NCBI RefSeq assembly: GCF_001194135.2
Contig: NC_068990.1
Location: forward strand, 31,790,286-31,854,285
Length of the DNA: 64,000 nt
DNA from: Octopus bimaculoides
Lineage: Eukaryota
Reading direction: 5' to 3'
Below are positions 1 to 12,662 of the stretch, one piece after another (within the stretch, counting starts at the first letter, position 1; each line of letters opens with the position of its first letter). The notes beneath the pieces were generated by a model. It saw only the letters and a program-made list of their open reading frames with translations, was not told where the DNA came from and did no database searches. The position numbers and the translations under genes were made by a program.

Positions 1-139
1 CTGTGAAAGTATCTGTCACTACAGTATCGAAATGTGATTGTTTCAGTTAGTGGAATAGTTTCATTTTTAAAGTGAAAGTATTTGACATGAGTGTTTTTGT
101 TTCACTTTTGACACGTAATACTTAAATAGTGGAGGAGAT

Positions 140-275
140 ATTATGTTGCCGTGTGCTCGAACTCTGCAAGAAGTTAATAATTTTTTTTGACTAAAACACA
201 ACTGGAACCCTAAGTAAGGCATGTGTAAAATTTGAATGAAATTGGTTGCGTAGTTCTCGAGTTTTAGGGATTCAC

Positions 276-318
<43 letters not shown>

Positions 319-350
319 CACACACATTCTCATTTTTATATATATAGATA
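140..350 (+). mobile_element. Helentron/DINE-like non-autonomous element end with (CAGA)n
   Basis: aaatttgaatgaaattggttgcgtagttctcgag..(CAGA)n..ttttatatatatagat is the typical layout of such ends. Family assignment is by resemblance only. Confidence 0.4.
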
Positions 351-622
351 CTGATACTGAGTCACGAAAATAAATGACCTCCACCAAATGCTGTTTAACG
401 TTCATTTTTGTTGGTTAGGTATTATTGCTGTTGAAACTTAGCATTTTACTGAAAATATGCAAATTCATTCGGTAACTCGTAACAACTAACAGACATGTTG
501 AAGTCGTCACGGCACTATCACAAGTTGCGACACAAAACTGTATATTTAGATTCGTCTCTGCTATTTTCTTGGTTTATTTTCAAAATTCTTTCATCTTTAA
601 AGGTTTCGTAATGTTTCCATTG

Positions 623-2365
623 CACAAGTTTGCATTTTTAAATGAAGTAAATGATGAATGTCTACTTATAGGTTATTCTGAATTATTTTTTTAATGTTGA
701 TTTCAAATATGTCTTTAGTTTTTGCATATCACGTACAAATTTTGCAAAAATAGCTGCCAAAGATATAATGATTTTTCTTGTCAATCATTCCCTTTTGTGG
801 CAGACTTTTAGATGAAGTATTATGGAATTAAGAACAAATGACTAGAACAATAATAAAAAAGGTATGAATAATGTATGTAGGCCTACATATCGACTAAATA
901 TATTTTCTTAATGCCCTTCCCATGACTTCAAAGTAATTTTACTCCATTTCAAACTTCCTTTTCTTTGATTTCCTTCCAGCTTTTGATAGTTGCTTGCAGT
1001 CTCTCTTTAGAGTCCAGCAGTAATCCGCCATCATATTTACATTCCACCTTCCTTGGTACCTCCACTCCATTTCTTTAATGTCCCGGTGAAACCTCTCATC
1101 ATACTCTTCACTTAGATTGTCACGGTTCTACGGGAAATAGTCGAGGTATGAGTGAAGAAAGTGCATTTTAGCACTCATGTTGCATCCAAGCTTTTTGAAC
1201 TTTTGCAACATAGTATCAAGTAATTTGAACAAGTTCTCGACAACACACTTGAAGCTCACCCATACCTCTTTTTGAGATTCATTCATGGATTTCTCATAAT
1301 CTGGGATTTATATTAGCTTACGAATGTTAGGACCAACAAATATTTCTGATTTAATTTTCTCACTGGTTACATTTGGGAATTTTTTCGAGAGATACATTTT
1401 TAGTCTAGAACCAAGAAGTTCCGCTGCTTCCTTTGGTAGGTCCAAATCTTTCATCAAATCATTGAGCTCTTCCTATGTAAATAACTGCGGACTTTCTATT
1501 TCGTCAGGAGTGTGGTCATCACCTTCTTCTTCACATTTGGCTTCTTCATCACTATCTAATGTAACATTCTCCAAAACAAATGGATGGAGAGAGGATCTGG
1601 AATATCAGCAATAGGCCATATAGCTGAGGGAATGCTATGATACATTATCTCATGTTTATTTTTTGCACTGTACCCATCAACTTTAGTAATGCACTGTGGT
1701 TATTCGGTTCTCGCCATACTAGTGGTATTCCAAAAGTCATTTCTTTTTTCTTACCAACTTTCCAGAGTCTCAGCCCCTCCACACAAGCGTGACACACTTT
1801 GTGTGGAGCTCAAGGTTTGTTTTCATTACCGATTTTAACACCAAACTAAGCGAAGTATAGGTTCTTTACAAGATCAGTTATATTTTGTCTCTTCTGCTTG
1901 ATGACAATATACAAGAATATGTTTGGATTGTTCACGCACTTATGTCTATATGCACTCATTTTGAATGGACTTTATACGTAAACATCATCAATAACTAACC
2001 TCTGGTACTACTAGAACAACACTAAAGCATGCATCAGTTACTAATCGTGTATACAGCTTTTCAAGGTCACGTTGTCTGTAAGAATTACCATCGACTGTTT
2101 AATACACTTTATATTGACTGCTATTCTACCTTTATTAATATTAGGTCAGCATCGGTTTATAGCAATTTATTTTGTTGAGAAAATTAAATCAGATAATCAC
2201 TGTCATCCTATTCTCTGATACCATAATGCAGAAAAAAACAAGGCTTTATTACAGAAAAACTAGATGTGATGGAGAAAAACTAATCACAGATCTGAAATCA
2301 GCATTAAAAAATCGATTCAAATAGTCATGTAGACATTTAAATATAGAAAATCATGCAGACTTGTG
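623..2365 (-). mobile_element. Chapaev3-like (CMC superfamily) DNA transposon, degenerate
   Basis: Imperfect TIRs of about 120 bp: CACAAGTTTGCAT at 623 and ATGCAGACTTGTG ending at 2365. Flanks TTG/TTA resemble a 3-bp TWA TSD. Minus-strand fragments: KCVNNPNIF, APHKVCHACVEGLRLW..FGIPLVWREP, ELNDLMKDLDLPKEAAELLGSRL, KSEIFVGPNIRKL, MSAKMHFLHSYLDYFP, ERFHRDIKEMEWRYQGRWNVNMMADYCWTLKRD. Several stops and deletions. Confidence 0.8.
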
Positions 2366-2972
2366 TTATCTTTCATTAAATTCTTTTTATAAATAAATAA
2401 ATGTACAAACAAACAAGCATGGCAATTGCAAATTCCGATATGTCGATAATAGAGGCTTCTGATTGGGTAAAAGTAACCATAAATCTCAATCTTTAAAGGT
2501 TCGTATACTTTTATATGGATCTGTTCCTTTTGGCTGGCACATAGAAAAAATAATTGTTTGTAACTTCAAATTTCGTATACTGGTAGAATGTGTCATTTAA
2601 AACATCATTTACTCTAGGTGTTTTTAAGAAAATTCTTTATTTTCGAAGTTATTTCGTGTTAAAGTTGTCGTGTTTCGGTAATTTCAACCAATCAATGACG
2701 TCTATTGAGGTGAAAACAATTACTGCTGTGGTTAGTCTTTGGCTTAGAAGTGCTACTGAAGGCCGCTACCGGTTCAAGATAAANNNNNNNNNNNNNNNNN
2801 NNNNNNNNNNNNNNNNNNNNNNNNNNNNNNNNNNNNNNNNNNNNNNNNNNNNNNNNNNNNNNNNNNNNNNNNNNNNNNNNNNNNNNNNNNNNNNNNNNNN
2901 NNNNNNNNNNNNNNNNNNNNNNNNNNNNNNNNNNNNNNNNNNNNNNNNNNNNNNNNNNNNNNNNNNNNNNNN

Positions 2973-3360
2973 TGATTGCCCGGCCGCCCTCCTTTAATCG
3001 GGCAGGCGAGGCAGTTTTCTTTTGCCTGGTTGCGGTGGCGAAAGAGATTGTCTGGTGGACGAGGCTGAAAGGAATGAGGACAGAGACATTCCTCTTTGGT
3101 AAAGCTCTCATCGACTTTTTCAACTTTTACTTGAAAAGGAAAGTGAGGGTGGAGAGGGAGGTGCTGTCCTCGAGTGAATTTATGCAAGAGGTGGGTGAAA
3201 GTCGTGAAAATGGTACCACTCTCAGTGTTGACCTGTGAGTCAGAGGAAAGGAGTTGGAAAAGGCATTTGTCCGTATTATTCAGGATGATCTTGGATGGTG
3301 GGGTTTCTCAATCATCCCTAGAGGTCCGCCTGTATCAGGACCACCCCCACCATCACAATT
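2973..3360 (+). mobile_element. Tx1/L1-like LINE 3' fragment
   Basis: GC-richer block encoding AKEIVWWTRLKG..FFNFYLKRKVRVEREVLS..(frameshift)RWVKV, which resembles a Tx1-type ORF2 C-terminus. Cut by an N gap. Confidence 0.5.
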
Positions 3361-3574
3361 TTTTTCTACTTATTGCTGTATATTATGTGTACTTCACTTC
3401 TTTTAATGTATACTATGCACACGTTTTTCCTTTTTTTTATCTTTCCATTATATGTAAACCGTTTATATCTGTCTTTGTATTGTCCCCCTCATTCTTCGCC
3501 CTAGTGGCAAATAAAAGAAACCATCCTCCTCCTCCTCCTCCTCCTCATCATCATCATTATTATTATTATTGTTC

Positions 3575-3880
3575 AGTAGTTTTATTTTTATAATGTGCTT
3601 TCACTTCACTACCGAGCGCAGCTCTGTGCGCCTTGGGTATGTGCTGTGGTTTGCTGTGGTGCTCTTATGGTTACTGTATTGAAAGTGTTTTGCGTAGGAT
3701 GTGTGTAGTGCCCAGTAGTGCAATTTTCTGTATATTATACATATTTGTAAGTCCTGGTGTTTTTGTTATGTATTTGTCTGAATATTTTTTTATTATACCT
3801 AAGGCTCCTACTATGATAGGAACTGTTTCTGTTTTTAGATTCCACATTCGAGTTACCTCTATTTCCAGGTCTTTGTATCA
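3575..3880 (-). mobile_element. R4/Dong-like (RLE) LINE 3' fragment
   Basis: Reverse strand: YKDLEIEVTRMWNLKTETVPIIVGALGIIKKY..IQKIALLGTTHILRKTLSIQ*. Near-identical to 38390-38690 on the + strand. Confidence 0.8.
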
Positions 3881-3911
3881 TTATTATTATTATTATTATT
3901 ATTGATTGATT

Positions 3912-4232
3912 GATTGAGAGAGCAGTGCATGCCATCAAAGTGACACTGGGATACAAATATACGAAGCCCAATATACCCATCATTACTACCCGTCTGATGA
4001 GGGTACACCAGGCACATGCATCACAACCATATGTGCACAATATGGCGATTTCATATCAAGACAAACAGATAATGACCTTGCAGGTGGGGCCCACTCAAAA
4101 AGTCCCGGAATAAGGATTGTTTTAAAGATGAACAAACACTCACACCTCCAGAGGTGAATTATTCAAACCACAAAGAACTCCTCTCCACTACTTCTACTCG
4201 TATCAGAGATGCACATATTGTCAGCCACAATA
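3912..4232 (+). mobile_element. Interspersed repeat (SINE-like); related copy at 37345-37862 on the - strand
   Basis: gagagcagtgcatgccatcaaagtgacactggg..gggtacaccaggcacatgcatcacaaccat matches the reverse complement of 37730-37855. Confidence 0.65.
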
Positions 4233-4674
4233 AAGTTCATAGTATAAAATTAAATTATAACACATATACACCATGCAGACGACAGCCAACAAAATAAAAC
4301 TAAATTTTACAATTTATTCCTTGTATGTGACCCGGTACCAAATGATCTGCGGTCCGGTGGTTGTAAGTGCGTGTGATATGTTCAGTGTATACGGATGTGC
4401 AGATGTATAGGAATAAAGTTTAAAACGAAGGAGAGCAGGAGAATGTCCCTCAGAAAAGGTAAGACAGTGGGAAAGTGATTTCTAATAAGAGAGGACATAT
4501 TATAGGTTTCAGAACAGAGTGAATAGTCTGGAAAAGATCAACTGAAATGGAGGACATTGCGATGTAAAGATTCAGGAGCAATTGAACGAATGATTCAAAC
4601 AGACTAGGACAGTGATTCGGGGAAACGCAAAACTTTGGTGCTGTGATTTGCTGTTACCAAGATTTGTGTAATAG

Positions 4675-4885
4675 CAATACCCCTCTAACATTTTGGTGTG
4701 TGTGCGCGCAAATTTTGTCTTTCTTGGCAAAGTACGTGCGCATTCATACAAGTAGACGTTTGCAGTTCAAATATTTCGATTTCCTCAAGAAAACCTAATG
4801 TACGCACATTTTTCATTTGTTCACTTGTTGCAAAACATGTGCGCATGCAGCAAGCGCACAGCTTAGAGGGAGCAAGGGAACATTG
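4675..4885. mobile_element. hAT-like MITE
   Basis: Ends caatacccctctaa / ttagaggg(agcaaggg)aacattg resemble a CARTGTTCCCTCTAA TIR. The 8-bp flanks tgtaatag / tatggtag differ only by transitions. Confidence 0.45.
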
Positions 4886-5619
4886 TATGGTAGCTGCTTG
4901 CATATGAGGTAACAGCTATAATGGTCAAGCAGATGCTCGTAAAAAGTGGCTAGGACTGCCAAGGATGAGCATACCTACACTTGAATGCCCCCTCCATCGA
5001 CTTCTTTCCGCATAACTTTCAAAAAATTGGATACCTTTTGATGAAATTTTCTACAAATACCTTTCAGGTGGTGCAAATCTCGGTTATACTGGAATTTGTG
5101 AACATTTTTACGGAGGAGCAGAAGTGATTCGGAGAATTCACAAAATTCGACTTTGTTTCTTCTTAACTTTCAGGAAAGTGGTAATCTTTTAATGAAATTT
5201 TATGCAAATACCTTTCAGATGGTGTAGACTACGACTAAATAGGAACTTAACGTGAAAAAAAAAAGAAAAAAAATGGTGGGCTCACACGCGTACATACATA
5301 CTTAACATATTTTCGAAATTTCAAGTTTCATTTTGTGCATATATGTGATATATGTCAGTATGTATGTGTGAGCCAAACTTTTCTTTCTTTTTTTTTTTTT
5401 ACATAATATTCCATTATAATTCTAGCGTATACCATCTGAAAATTGTCAAAAAAAAGTTATTAAAATATACCCATTTTTTTCTGACAGTTATCAGAAAACA
5501 GAGTTGTGGTAGTGGTGGTGGGGTACACTTGTGTAGGTATGTCCAAGTGTTGTCTGATGTCGCTTTGGGCGTTCAGAGAAAATTAAGCTCCCGTTCACAT
5601 TGGTAATCAAAGAATTTAA

Positions 5620-6140
5620 AGCGAGCAAGGTGTGATAAACTCTGAGATGCAACAATTGCGAAGATAAAGTCTCCAATCTTTACTGAACACAAGATGGAGA
5701 AAACCGCAGACGAGGCTGTTGCACAAACGAAAAGGGAAAAAAACGGGTGCGGAGTGAACTGACCACTAAAGGAGTTGGCTTTCTTCCCTGCGAAGCAACG
5801 ATTTCACTATGCAGGATCGGACTTAGTGAGAGAAGTTATCTAAAAGAAGGATGGGACCACCACCACACACACACACACACAGCAGAAAGGTAAGTGTGCA
5901 TGAGTACAGTGAGACAAAGTGGATCAGCCACTCAACATGTGAAATATGCAATGACGTGGACACCGGAAGAAGATAAATGTAAAATAGCCAGTCCTAGGAC
6001 ACCTGGTGTCGGACGTTCCAATACGACATCAAATGCATGAGGATCAACTGGAGCGGAGAGGATTTAGGCAGATCGAACTCGCTGGAGGAAGCTTGTTACC
6101 TTATGTGTTTCACGTAACGGGATTATCTAAATTTAAGTAA
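5620..6140 (+). mobile_element. Highly degraded RTE-like LINE fragments
   Basis: HKRKGKK.G (RT upstream motif), GFLPCEAT, KYAMTWTPE and a taaatttaagta tail. Interrupted by (CA)n. Confidence 0.4.
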
Positions 6141-6348
6141 AAGCTGCAACAAGTGTAGCTACATTGATTTATCGATGACTAGAGAAGGTAAATAAAACTA
6201 TTGTGTCACGCTGCAATTTTGTTTATCTTCGACTGAATCCGCACTTCTTATGCAAATTCTTAGTATGTGCACTTATAGTGGACTGCCCTAATCAAATAAA
6301 TAAATAAATAAATAACGATTGTAACAATAACATATAGTTTTTAGGACC

Positions 6349-6893
6349 GGTAGAGATGGACTATATGTAATCTGAACCTCCCCCCCCCCTTATTTNNNNN
6401 NNNNNNNNNNNNNNNNNNNNNNNNNNNNNNNNNNNNNNNNNNNNNNNNNNNNNNNNNNNNNNNNNNNNNNNNNNNNNNNNNNNNNNNNNNNNNNNNNNNN
6501 NNNNNNNNNNNNNNNNNNNNNNNNNNNNNNNNNNNNNNNNNNNNNNNNNNNNNNNNNNNNNNNNNNNNNNNNNNTCCCCCCCCCAACCAAGCAGGCTATT
6601 TACATGCTAGAAATAACAGCCAAATCTCACAAAACTAGTGTTAGGGTTAGGTTTAGGGTTAGGGTCAGGGTTAGGGTTAGGGTCAGGGTTAGGGTTAGGG
6701 TTTGAGTTAGGGTTAGGTTTACCCTGTGGATCTATATAAAAACCGGAGGGGGGGGTCGAAATTTTGAAATTGAGATTTTTGAAAATTTTTTTCCAGAATC
6801 GGATTCTCCATGGTCTGAAACATAGGATTCCGTAAAAAAAAACAAAATTTAAAAGTGGGGGTATACCCAGATTACATATACTCCATCTCCACC
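6349..6893. mobile_element. TIR-bounded non-autonomous element carrying telomere-like repeats
   Basis: 26-bp inverted repeats ggtagagatggactatatgtaatctg (6349-6374) and cagattacatatactccatctccacc (6868-6893), with 2 mismatches. An N gap lies inside. Confidence 0.5.
6641..6720 (+). repeat. Interstitial (TTAGGG)n-like array with TCAGGG/TTAGGT variants
   Basis: About 13 hexamer units read directly. Confidence 0.9.
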
Positions 6894-7840
6894 CTTTCAA
6901 TGTATAGAATTTAAAGTTAATTTCTTTCAGCATTTTCTCTCGCTTTATCGAACTTCACAAAACTTATTTAGTTGGCGATCTTACGGTACAATACCTAGAA
7001 ATGTAGGTATTGTAACGAAAGATCGCCATTTAGTTTTATATCATATACCACTGCTAAGCAATATCGGCAGCACCATTTTTTTTAGTTTTAAAAGATTTTT
7101 CAGCAACTAATTACAATTACAAAATCCATTCCCGCAAACCATCGACAACGGAAGCAAACTGGAGGAAATGATACATTATTGATTTATCTTCCCATTGAAC
7201 TTTTCCGTTTAAGAAAGTCGTCAGGTGGCAGCACGCACACACACACACATACATACACACAACTATAGACACACGTACACACACAAATAAACACGCATGT
7301 ATACACACACGTGCGTGTAAACACAATCTCGTTGTTGGACGGCATGGCTCCTTCCATAGTCAATGTCCTTGCAGCGACTCAAGGTACAAGACTTTATTTT
7401 GCTATAATCAAATTATTTATGATATTCTTAACTGCTTAGCTGCCTAGAGTAATCTTTTAACTACCTGTAAAAAAAACAATCGAAGCGGTGTGTGTTTGCA
7501 AGAAGCATTACTACTTTATATAAACAATTAAGAATGGGAAAGCAGTCCACTTCATTCATTTCGTGTTTAAAACTGTGATGTGTATATTCACATAATATTC
7601 TATGTTTAAAGATAGAGACAGCAGTTCTGTCATACGATGAAATTGATCGGTATATATGTATGTAACTCAACATAGACCTAATTTAATTTTTTATATTGTT
7701 TTCCGGTGACGAGTAAACTAACCTAGAACAGTAGTGTACGTATATTTCCTTCCTTAATTAACGTTGTGCTAATTCAAAAGCACCAACGTAGAAGTAAATA
7801 AGCTGTGCTCTCTCTCCCTTCTTCACTTTCACTTCGCATT

Positions 7841-7848
7841 ATGTCTTG
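7841..7848 (+). CDS. Possible upstream first coding exon of the PRKCSH-like gene
   Basis: ATGTCTTG|GTAAGC. The phase-2 junction joins in frame to 12620 to give MSCGTLLGKQSEKIKIVMKR. It lies in a locally CpG-containing, non-repeat stretch. No transcript evidence. Confidence 0.3.
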
Positions 7849-9530
7849 GTAAGCCACTCTCGTAAAACATGTAAAGAAGCCGGGTCGCTCGGCCAGCTAG
7901 AAATAACGGCCAAATCTTCCTCAGATCAGGATCATTTCGTCTTAGAAAATGGCATATAAATGTGACTATGGGCTCGTTGTACTCTGCAAAAAAGACAGAT
8001 GGCCACGGTCGGAATGTCTTTGATCATAGGTCTGAATACACCTACATTGTGGATGTATGTGTATATACCTGAATATTTATATGTATGTTTTGTATTTTAC
8101 GAAGCGTGAATGATCGAATGGAGACTGATATTACACCCTATTCTCTTGTCAATGAGGGAGATCTCTTATATAGCTGCAAGACCGCTTACAAAAATAGCAG
8201 CCAATTCTTCCTTAAATAACACCCTACTGCCTTATGTATGTTTTTCTTTTTTCCTGTATGAACTAACGAGGGAGACCTTTACATGGTAGTTACGTATGTT
8301 AGAAATTGCAGCCAAATCTCTTTATAAGGACAGGTTTTCGATCGACTTGCTAGAAATTGCAGAGAATGTCTCTCGCTGACCTAAGGGCTAAAGAACAATA
8401 ATAAAATCTACACCACTGTCATTACGACTATTTGATGGTGGTGGTGGTGATATTGCTTGTAATATTCCAAACGACAACCACTGCAACAACCTCCAAAGCG
8501 AACAGTATTAACACTACCACCGCCAATACTAACAGCCACCACACATCAATGGTTGTTAGCAGTTGTAGTGGTGCTATTAACGCAACACACGCAATATCAC
8601 CATCACTACAGCCACTCTATAGTGTTATTGTTTATTGTTGTTTAACCCCAGATCAGGCCACATCATTGATTTGAAGGAAATTTGTCAGTCCCGCCTTCCA
8701 GCATATCAAAATTGGATGCATTATATTGGTTGAAATTCCAAACAATTTCAGTCTTTAAAGGATCGTAATTTTAGTATTTTTTGAAAGATGGTCATGATTT
8801 TTGCAATTAGCATGAAAAACTACAACTGGTGTAGAAATTTTCGAAAAATTGGATCTGATATGTGAAACCGAAAATATTTCAAATAAATGAATGTACTGAG
8901 TTCAATTCCTCCAATCATCACCTCATAAAATTGGCCGTTGTCCAGTTAGAAGTACATGTTTCTGAGTCATCCGAGTTATATTTATTTATTCGTGTGAACT
9001 CGGTTGACACGAGTTTTTCTCCTACTCACCATTAGCTTAACTCATAAATTTGTCTGAAAATAGCATTAGATTCTCTTAAAGTATTTACAAATTGAAACAT
9101 TAATTGCCAACACCTTTTAAACCTCTTTGCAAAGATAATTAACAAGAGAAAAAATTGTACAAAACATAATTACAAATTACTATTACTGTTTTAGTAAATT
9201 TATCTTTTCATCTTGCATTAAAAAGTTCTTTTCTTTTTAATCGTAGTACATACGTGGCTGGTGTATACCCTACCTGTATTATAACGTTAGCTTCTATTAC
9301 ATTCTGCAAAACTGAAGTAAACAGTTGAATGACATCGTGATTTAATGAAGCAAAGCAATTTAAAACCAGAGGGAACCATAGTTGGAAAATATGCACACTT
9401 GGCTCGGCCGACAAAGTCTTCAAAGGCAGCGGTCCTCAATATTTTTTTTATCATAGACCATTTTCATGCAAGACACTTTTTCTGTGGACTGGGGAATCAT
9501 ACACGTAGCAAAATCCAATTAAGTGCATAA

Positions 9531-9910
9531 TCTTTTATCTCTTACTCGTTTCAGTCATTAGACTGCGGCCAAACTGGGGCACCGCCTTGAGGAATTCTAG
9601 TCAAACTCATCGACCCCAGTACTTCTTTTCTTTTTTTAAAGGGTGGTACTTATTCTATCGGTATCTTTTGTCGAACTGCTAAGTTACGGGGACTTAAACA
9701 TACCAGCACCAGTTGTCAAACAGTGGTGGGTGACAAATACACACATGTTTATATGCGATGGGCTTCTTTCAGTTTCTGTTTACCAAATCCATTCACAAGG
9801 CTTTGGTAGGCCTGAGGCTATAGTAGAGGACACTTGCCCAAGGTGCCACATGGTAAGACTGGACCTGGAACCATGTGGCCGGGAAGAAAACTTCTTGCCA
9901 CACAGCCACG
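9531..9910 (-). mobile_element. tRNA-derived SINE, family A
   Basis: Reverse complement of the full copy at 62720-63126. Confidence 0.85.
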
Positions 9911-10437
9911 AATTATTACACACACACATATACTTACACTACATATTTAATGCAAAAATATCCTGCAGACTACAATAGCCAATAAAATAGAAACAAAGTT
10001 TTTAAATTTACTCTTTCTATGTAGCCCAGCCCTGGTCTGCTGCCCTGTTGGGGATCCCTGTTCTGAGGAACTATATAGAAGTTGTTTGATTCTGTCCAGT
10101 CCATTACTATTATACTATCAACCTCAGAGGAGTGAATATCCTTATCAGTTGTGGTAGGATTTGTACTCAGAGTGGAAAACAATGAAACTAAATATTGTAA
10201 TGTTTTTAGTCCAGCATTTACCACCATTTCTGCTTCATTTCTCTTAATTTTAATGATTAGCAAGGTAGATAATGTGGCTGAAGTGATATCTCTACCTCTT
10301 TACATTCTGTGTTCAGACCCTCCTAAGTTCATCCTATATGCAATACTTCCATGCAAAAAGATTTCTTGTGCCATTGTGACAAGCCAATATTTAATGAATG
10401 GTATCAACATTAATTATTTTATATTTAGGAAAGATAA

Positions 10438-10650
10438 GGCGGCAAGCTGGTAGGAACGTTAGCACGCCGGGCAAAATGCTTAGCGGTATTTCGTCTGTCT
10501 TTATGTTCTGAGTTCAGATTCTGCCAAGGTCAACTTTCATCCTTTCAGGGTCGATAAATTAAGTACAAGTTGCATACTGGGGGTGATCTAATCGGCTACC
10601 CCCCCCCCCTCCACATAAATTTCAGGCCTTGTGCTTAGAGTAGAAAAGAA
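10438..10650 (+). mobile_element. tRNA-derived SINE, family B, with 14-bp TSD
   Basis: ggcggcaagctggtaggaacgttagcacgccggg..gagttcagattc. TSD atatttaggaaaga at 10421-10434 and 10650-10663. Confidence 0.85.
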
Positions 10651-10699
10651 TATTTAGGAAAGAGGAAAAATCAGTCAATTCAACATAAAGTAGGATAGT

Positions 10700-11325
10700 T
10701 TCACTTACTTTATGTGGCCAAATTCCTAAATATGGCTTGAGTGTCAAATCATTTGCTAGATAGAGAGAAGAACCTTTTTTCCATGAAGTTCCCTTCTTGG
10801 TTGTGGTTGAGCTTTTTCCCTTTTACCAAGCCACTGGTTACAATGTTTAACATTTCGATAGAAGATCCATTTTTCATCACCAGTCACAAGTCTATCCNNN
10901 NNNNNNNTGTTGAAGATGATGATAAACAGTTGTATGGTTTGAACTAAGCTTTATTGCCAATTCTTCAACTGATAATGCAGGATTTTCTTCAAGTAATGCC
11001 TCAAGGAGCTTATCATCAAACTCAACTGAACGTCCTGTTCGATTTTCATTTTCACAGTTGAAATCTCTACTTCTGAATTTTGCAAAATCCTTCTGCAAGT
11101 TCTTTCATTCAAGCATCCTTTCCCATAAACTGAGTGTATGTTTCGAGTCGCTTTGGCTGCAGAGTTTCTTTTTTTGTACTCATAATGCGTTATGTGCCTT
11201 AAATGCTCTTTGGATACTTCCATGTTAGAAAGGGTTTTAATCAAAGAAATTTTAATTCTATTATTCTGTAAAATAATATTTAATTAGTTTAAATGTACAC
11301 ATGCATAAAAATAATTTTTTATTCC
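10700..11325 (-). mobile_element. Mariner transposon relic
   Basis: MEVSKEHLRHITHYEYKKRNSAAKATRNIHSVYG (HTH), GRSVEFDDKLLEALLEENPALSVEELA, and DRLVTGDEKWIF at 10861-10897. Frameshifted. Confidence 0.88.
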
Positions 11326-11648
11326 ATGCCGGTGGCACGTTAGAAAATCAGTCAAGTGAGGTCGTTGCCAGTGCTGCTAGACTGGCTCCCGTGCAGGTGG
11401 CACATAAAAAACACCTTTTTGAGCATGGCTGTTGCCAGTACTGTGTGACTGGCCATCATGCCGGTGGCACGTAAAAGCACCCACTACACTCTCGGAATGG
11501 TTGGCATTAGGAAGGGCATCCAGCTGTAGAAACTCTGCCAGATCAGATTGGAGCCTGGTGCAGCCTTCTGGCTTGCCAGTCCTCAGTCAAATCGTCCAAC
11601 CTATGCTAGCATGGAAAGCAGACGTTAAACGATGATGATGATGATGAT
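11325..11648 (+). mobile_element. RTE LINE 3' UTR/tail copy
   Basis: gtggttggcattaggaagggcatccagctgtagaaac..gacgttaaacgatgatgatg. Similar tails at about 13175-13300, 14655-14810(-), 15330-15600, 23730-23850, 46270-46440 and 63240-63415. Confidence 0.75.
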
Positions 11649-11737
11649 TAGACATTCTAAAATACTATTAAATTTCATTCAATTTTAAAAAAGGGAAAAT
11701 TGGACAGAACTTATGGGATGACCTGATACATTGTTTC

Positions 11738-12064
11738 CAGTTCAGTCTCACTATGTGGCACCTTGGGCAAGTGTCTTCTACTATAGCCTCAGGCTAACCA
11801 AAGCCCTGTGAGTGGATTTGGTAGATGAAAACTGAAAGAAGCCTGCTGTGTACATGTATATGTGCATATATTTATGTCTGTGACAACCAATGTTGGTGCG
11901 TTTACATCTCCGTAACTTAGTGGTTTGGCATAAGGTACTGATAGAATAAGTACTAGGGTTACAAAGAATAAGTCCTGAGGTCAATTTCTTCAACTAAAAA
12001 AACGTTTTAGGTGGTGCTCCAACATGGCTGCAGTCAATGACTGAAACAAGTAAAAGAATAGAAG
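11738..12064 (+). mobile_element. SINE family A, 5'-truncated
   Basis: ggcaccttgggcaagtgtcttctactatagcctc..gactgaaacaagtaaaagaata. Confidence 0.85.
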
Positions 12065-12662
12065 ATATGTGTATATACATATGTATGTAGGTACAGGCAT
12101 GGCTGTGTGGCTAGGAAACTTGCTTTGCAACCATGTAGTTTAGAGTTCAGTGGGTAAGTGTCTTATACTTTAGCCCTGAGCTGATCAATGCCTTATGAAT
12201 GAATTTGGTAGACAGAAACTGTGAAAGCTCATTGCTTGTGTGTATATATACACACACACATATGTCTATGTTTGTATGTCTGCTTGTATTGTTATTAGAG
12301 ATTTATAACATTGGGAGTATAATTATTATAGCATTAACAAAGGTATTTTGTCTAACTTAATTATGAAATTTATCATTTTGTCAATTCTGCTTAAGTTTTA
12401 TGCACATATATATGCATGCAACTTTTTGAGAGTATTTTTGAATCGTTAATATGTTAGCTGCACTTTCTTATAATGCAAATGAACAAATTTTATGTTCAGA
12501 CTTAATTATATCATCTTGTATTATGCTGAAAATTACTTTCCATCCTTTGAAATCTTTTGTTTTTTTTATTTTTGTTTCATGTGTTCTCATATGTATCTTC
12601 TTCTTGTTCTTCCTTGCAGTGGAACTTTGTTGGGAAAGCAATCAGAAAAAATAAAAATAGTT

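Noticed and set aside
3995-4030. CTGATGA motif as a possible hammerhead
   Set aside because: No stem II plus GAAA follows. The related copy near 37770 has ctgataag, so it is a point variant of a repeat.
6641-6720. True chromosome end
   Set aside because: Short, variant-rich array embedded mid-scaffold with ordinary sequence on both sides.
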